DNA of 64,000 nt from assembly GCA_964016885.1 (NCBI GenBank), contig OZ024761.1, positions 7,316,001-7,380,000 on the forward strand, given 5' to 3'. This stretch comes from Eledone cirrhosa. Taxonomy: Eukaryota. The position numbers and the translations under genes are program-made. Position 1 is the first letter of the stretch. The number at the start of each line of letters is the position of its first letter. The notes beneath the pieces were generated by a model. It searched no databases. It was given only the letters and a program-made list of their open reading frames with translations, and was not told the origin of the DNA. Below, piece by piece: positions 57,976 through 64,000 of the stretch.

Positions 57976-58665
57976 TTAATGTTTCGGACACTAGTCTTTC
58001 ATCAGAAGATCGAATGAGAAATAAAAGGAATAGAAAGATAGAGGAGAGAGAGAGAGAAAGAGATGAGGAAGAAATAGAAAAATATCTTTTTGTGTGTATT
58101 TAGTCAACCATATATAAACTAGAAATGTTAATAACTAACTCCTACAACTAATCACACTTTCAAATTAACATCTATAAAGACACATGGCTTAGTGGTTAGA
58201 GCATTGGCCTTGCAATCGAAAGGTTGTGAGTTCAATTCCCGGACCAGGTGATGTGTTGTTTCCTTGAGCAAGACACTTTATTTCACATTGCTCCAGTTTA
58301 CTCAGCTGTAGAAATGAGATGATAGGGACTGGGGTCCATATCATTCCACTGTAAAGTGGACGTGGAGGTGCCACGGCAAAAAAGCACCCAGCACTCACTG
58401 TAAATGAGGTTGGTGTTAGGAAGGGCATCCAGCTGTAGAAATCAAGCCAGAATCAGTTCCCGTATGAGGAAGACAAGGTCAGCCGACCAGACACTGCCCA
58501 CAACAGAACAACCCGTCTAACCCATGCTAGTGTGGAAGAACGGACATAAAACGGTGATGATGATGATAATAGGCACTTTAATTTAGAGATACACTAGTAA
58601 TTTCTTGTTAATAATTATAACAGCAAAACATATAACCATATATATATATATATACATATATATAT

Positions 58666-59963
58666 TAGCTGCAGTACCCGGTAATACCCGGGAAAGGTAG
58701 GGTTATTCGCAGTTCCCAGAGTGCGCCTGAAAATGCTAGCGACCCTGGGTGCCCATACTGGATTTTCAATAACAACCTTTACTAGGTATGTTTATGACAG
58801 ATCAATTTTTTCTGTGGAACTATCAATAGCTGTTTAAGTCACAAGTCCTTCTTCCACCCAGAGTGAATAAGTTTGAGTTCAAAGAGTATCGAACTTATTC
58901 AACAAACTTGTGTATAAGAATAGCAAACTTACTGCCTTGGGGCTCGAATATCGAACTTATTCAACAAACTTGTGTATAAGAATAGCAAACTTACTGCCTT
59001 GGGGCTCAAGTATCGAACTTATTCAACAAACTTGTGTATAAGAATAGCAAACTTACAGCCTTAGCGCTCAAGATCAAACACAGAACTATTGAGGAAGTCA
59101 TTGCAATTATTGAAGAAATTATAACCGAGTGAACATATTTGGGTACTGTTCAAGCACCCTGTATATCACTGTTTGTAAAGCTCTTCGAATGAGTGAAGCA
59201 ATTCAATAAAATCGTTCAGTTTTTCCCCTATAGTAGACATAACCCAAGAAAACATACCGTAATAAGTCGGGTAAACAATAAGAAGTGTTGGCCCTAAAGA
59301 GGGCCTTGTAACGTTCACTCTTGCAAAGTGTCAATAATGGGGGAGAAGTTACATCTTAATTCGTGTTAATCTTCCCACGATCCGACACCTCGAAATATCG
59401 ACAAAATAAACTCTACTCTCAAAGATGGCATGTTACAATTAACATGCCGGAAGTACGAATATTCGTCAACATACGATTTGGGTTTTATTCTTCGAACTAA
59501 TGTCATGGTAAGCCAACTTCCAGGTCATTGGTCATCACACTTTTTTGTAACTTATCACTGATTCCTGCAGTTCACCCTAATGTGACCTAAGCATGTGCAT
59601 GTGTTCAGAATCCATATCAGTGGATGTGATGTATATATATATATATATATATATACGGACGGAAACATCTGTTCAGTCGTCAATCAAAATTAGATTGTCG
59701 TCTGCTTCGTTTGAAATTTCTTTATGGATATTTCTAATAAGTTGTTGCCTCGTTTTGGAGGACTGAGTTGTGGGAGGCATAGACACACATACATACATAC
59801 ACGTATGTATGTAGATCCCAAGTGATATTATCGTGGGGGCATATGTATCAATGCCAGGACCGGTTGCATCTCAGCGTACTCAATAGGCAATGTAAATACA
59901 CTCCCAGAGTATACACAGTTATTCGCTTCAATACAACACACGTACACGGGTACCTATAGTAGT
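58666..59963. mobile_element. Possible Helitron-type non-autonomous element with a ~61-bp internal tandem repeat (58888-59070)
   Basis: Left end TAG..ACCCGG-TAATA-CCCGGG hairpin-like, right end CACGGGTACC..TAGT; tandem certain, class tentative. Confidence 0.35.
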
Positions 59964-59982
59964 TCCCGGACTATATATATAT

Positions 59983-60858
59983 ATAATAATAATGTAATAA
60001 TAATAATAATAATAATGAAAATATTGTGTACAGTGCTCAGGTGCACTACAACTCGTCAAAAGTGTATGTATAGTACATAGGGTATGGTACAAACGTCAGG
60101 AAAATGAACAGTGGATGAGTCATGATATACGCATGTATATGGAAGGGGGACATCAAGTGTAGTTTTGGCGAATTTCGGGAAGCATGAGGGTTTTAAAGGA
60201 TGCAGTGTCTCGGCAGCTAACAACTGATGCAGGTAGTTTGTTCCATGCTTCAGCAACTCTAAGCGTGAAAAAATGTTTCCGAAAGTCATGGGAGCTGTGG
60301 TGTTTTCTGACTTTGTAGGCATGTCCACGTGTGTTAGACACATGGAGATCAAAAAGGTGCTCAGCGTTGTTGTTGGCAAGATGGTTAATAATTTTGTGGG
60401 TGTTTACCAAGTCCATTGCCAGACGTCGGAGCTTCAATGAATCCATGCCCAGGGAAGCAAGGCGTTCAGAGTATGGTAGGTCTCTGATGGAGGGTATGCG
60501 CTTGGTTGCACGTCTTGAACAGTTTCCAGGAGGTCAATGTTCTGAGCAAGATAGGGGTTACAGACTGATGATGCGAATTCCAAGTGTGGCCGTACCATAG
60601 CTGTATACAGCTTTAAATAGATGGCTGGAAAGCGGCTAACAAAGGTCTTGCTGAGTGATGCCAAGACACCCTCGGCCTTCTTGACAATCTTAGAGATGTG
60701 CTTTGTCCAACGCAAATCGCTGCTGACAGTAATGCCCAGGTCACGTTCACAAGAGGACTTCTTGATATCAGTGTTCTGGAGGGAATATGTGGACGCTGGA
60801 TTTTTCCTCCCAAAATGCATGGTGGCACACTTGTCCACAGCCAGCTTCAGTTGCCAGT
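59983..60858 (-). mobile_element. CR1-clade LINE 3' fragment with (ATT)n tail
   Basis: KCATMHFGRKN, ERDLGI, VRPHLEFAS, NTRGH, FFTLRVAEAWNKLP; one frameshift. Confidence 0.9.
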
Positions 60859-60870
60859 CTGATTATATAT

Positions 60871-60909
<39 letters not shown>

Positions 60910-61071
60910 CGAGGGCAATCCCAAAAGTAAGGTCGCCTTCCGATATTGCAACTTTTCCGTTAAAATCCTGTGGATGGTGCTTCGGGAAACCTCAGAGAGC
61001 ATCCAGAGTGAGCCCCCGATCTTTACGCATGTTTTCCTCGGAAGGGGACCTTACTTTTGGGATTGCCCTCC
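60910..61071. mobile_element. Mariner-type MITE
   Basis: TIR CGAGGGCAATCCCAAAAGTAAGGTC / GACCTTACTTTTGGGATTGCCCTC, TA flanks. Confidence 0.85.
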
Positions 61072-61077
61072 TATATA

Positions 61078-61289
61078 ATAACTGTGCGAAATTCGCACTT
61101 GGCGGTAGCGTTCAACGAGAGCTCCATTCTCAACGGCTGCCAAGCCAAGATTGAGCATCCCAGCGAAGCGCGCGCATGCTTGTTTGGGAGTGAAGGAAGC
61201 ACCAATCACAACAGTGTTGCCAACAGCCGTACGAACAGTTTCTCTGCGTCCCCATCGCTTTGGAGACCTTAATTTTGGGATTACCCTCG
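61078..61289 (-). mobile_element. 5' end of a mariner element (TIR and transposase start)
   Basis: CGAGGGTAATCCCAAAATTAAGGTC TIR, then MELSLNATAKCEFRTVI resembling a mariner transposase N-terminus. Confidence 0.7.
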
Positions 61290-61960
61290 TATATATATAT
61301 ATATATATTTATATATTGTAACAGTAGATCATGGGCATAGCTGAGTGGTTAACAAGTTTGCTTCGCAACACTGAGGCCCTGAGCTCGATTCTATTGTTGT
61401 CCTGCATTTTGGGGTGAGTGTCTACACCATAGATTCTCTGCAGACCGAAACCATCGTCACCGAAAATGGGTGGAAGCCCCGTAGCTGTTAATTCAGTTTG
61501 GGAATTACATTAACTGGTTCACGTGTTCGATCAACCGAACAACTGAATGTTCGTCGTAGAAACCGACCGAGGAATCCTAATATACTCTCTTTCTCATATA
61601 TATATATATATATATATAAACTCGGGTCCATCGGGGGTAACCACAGTAAGTAAGGTACTCAATACTTAGTAGAGTATACGCACTATTTAATATAGAAATG
61701 GCAGGATGATGATTTCCTTAGAATGAAACAATTCTAGTTCTGTAGAAGCCATTTTTATATTCTATATATATATATATTGCTTTATTTCTGTTTACCTTTC
61801 ACACACACACATATATATATATATATCTTTAGAGAGAGGGGGAGAAGAAAGAAAGAATATATGTTGGAAGAATAAAACTGTTAGAGAAGCAAGGAGGAAT
61901 ATGGCAAAGACGAGTGACATCTTTAGCCTAAACAGACACACGTATATACGTATATAGTAT

Positions 61961-62001
<41 letters not shown>

Positions 62002-62266
62002 TGTTTCTACGTTTGGCACAAGGCAGCAATTACCCAGTGCATTACTGGTACTTAAGCAGGAATAATGGAGTTATAGTGAGTGAAGCTATATATATGTAAA
62101 ATAGTAGAACAGTGGGGGGTTATATCCGTGGTAGTAGAGCACTCAGTCCATGGGACGAGTTTGGTAGAAGTAGTTCCACAAATGTTTCACCTTATGCGGA
62201 TCCTCAGCTCGCATAAAGTGAAACATTTGTTCTCTGTATGGTGAACTAACTGTTGTGGAACTACTT

Positions 62267-62316
<50 letters not shown>

Positions 62317-63688
62317 TAAATAAAAGACAGAGTTAATAACTTCTATATATGAGAGAGAGAGAATTTTAAAAAATGGTAGAATAATGGATGGATGTGCAAC
62401 AAGGAAACGATCCTAGTGTTATGGAAATATGGCAGAGAGACTGGAAAGAAAATATATAATGTGGCAGAGAGAGAGAGAGAGACAGATATAAAACAGTAGC
62501 TTGAGAGAGATAAGAAAGGAAGGAAGAGACGGTGTAAGGAAAGAGTGAAAAAAAAAATCATAATAAAAGGTGTAATAATAAATGTTAGATAAAGATAGCT
62601 TCAAATAATAGCAGAATAAATCAAAATAATGACGAGTAAAATAAGATTTTAAAATAAATTAACGATATAAATATGGCTAATTCTGGATCGGTACGCTGTG
62701 ATTGCTGACGGGCACCTTGCCAGTTAAAATGGATTTAATTAATTGGGAAAAGGAAAAAGAAGAGAAATTTGCTGTTTGTCCTCGTTTTAAAAATCATAAA
62801 ATGGCCCAGCAACAACTCTGTTGTATGTAAGAAGCAGACAGGACACAACAGATGTGTGAAGGAGGACTACTTTCTTCTATATCTATAAAATGTTGTTGTT
62901 TTTTTCGGTCTTGTTACAACATCGTCATTTAACAATGGCAAATCACCGCGCTAACGAAGAACTGCTAGGAATATGAAAGTGTTAAATTTTTCCTTCAAAC
63001 CGCAAACACATCGGTCCGACAACACAGAGGACATTTGTCTACAGATAATAGTTGAGAACACTGGGTAAATTATCCTTAGAGACGGGGAGAATGAACAGAG
63101 AGACTTCGCATACATAAAAGAAAAAAAAAAGACATGGCGGTCATATTTGGAACGATTTGATAATTATATCTCTGCTGGGTTCTGACATCGAGTAGCTCCC
63201 ACCTGGTTCCTTGACACGCTAAAAACAACAGCCATATCTCTCTATAGTCTTTAAAAAACAGGTGGTGGGGGAAGGACACAAATTAGATAATTTAGTCATA
63301 AATAAGCCTCCCATTCCATAGGAAGGCCACGGATGGATTGTCTTTCTTTGATCATTAAGGTCCGTGAAATCCAGACCCATGTTTGACAAAAAATAACAGT
63401 TATATATGCCTAAACTGTCCTTAAAAATTGAGGAACGACCACAAATAATCTAATCATACGTGATTGTCAGAAGTGGAAAGCCTCTAATAATTTAAGGTCC
63501 CTCAAAACTGGACCTAGGTCTAACAAAGGATGTCATCATGTTAAAAAAAAGGGGGCAATGTAACTAAATTATATAATTTAGGGCACTACCATGCTATCAG
63601 AAGTGAAAGTTTCGTCAACCTTCTCAATCGTAAACATCGTTTATTTCCGTATTACCACGCGTTATTTTAATAAAGCATATCGATGTAA

Positions 63689-64000
63689 GTGGAGTTACTT
63701 AAATGAAAATATAGGGGGCCCTTAAAAGGGCCAAATTAGAAAACAAGTCATGGTTATCAAATAAATTGGATTTAATCATTTATATTTTCATAGTCATGGT
63801 TATCAATTTCATGTATAGGGTTGGTGAAAAAAATGTGATAACCATATATTTGTTTCCTAATTTGGCCCTTTTAAGGGCCACCTATATTTTCATTTAAGTT
63901 AACTCCACTGTTGGTGAAAATGACTTGTTTTCTACATTGATAACCATGACTATGAAAATATAAATGATTAAATCCAATTTATTTGATAACTATGACTTGT
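63689..64000. repeat. Interleaved inverted repeats
   Basis: 63689-63746 inverts to 63850-63908; 63743-63807 inverts to 63936-64000. Confidence 0.88.

Noticed and set aside
62680-63280. Possible first exon or promoter of another gene (ATGGCCCAGCAA...|gtatgt; ATGGCGG)
   Set aside because: Non-repetitive, but no supportable reading frame or family match

Overview
Eukaryotic, repeat-saturated animal genomic window. The repeat complement of (AT)n arrays, RTE LINEs with (ATG)n tails and tRNA-derived SINEs looks like an octopus/coleoid cephalopod; this is inference. There is a 200-N gap at 2516-2715. Two host genes are supported, arranged tail-to-tail: a histone H3.3 gene with two coding exons (minus, 19615-19334 and 18231-18103) and the last coding exon of a UQCC4/C16orf91 (CCSMST1)-like gene (plus, 15829-16219). 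The rest is mobile DNA: Penelope-like (PLE) remnants, several RTE LINE families, a CR1 3' end, SINEs, hAT/piggyBac/mariner/Tigger MITEs and TE-derived minisatellites. The most striking unannotated signal is about 14 type-I hammerhead-ribozyme motifs from at least 8 sequence-distinct families. Most lie beside (AT)n tracts, several form head-to-head fold-back duplications, and many have non-canonical core features (U3-A8 covariant, U-U/C-A/A-A or bulged stem II base, palindromic stem III). All structures were read by eye and none was computed or searched.
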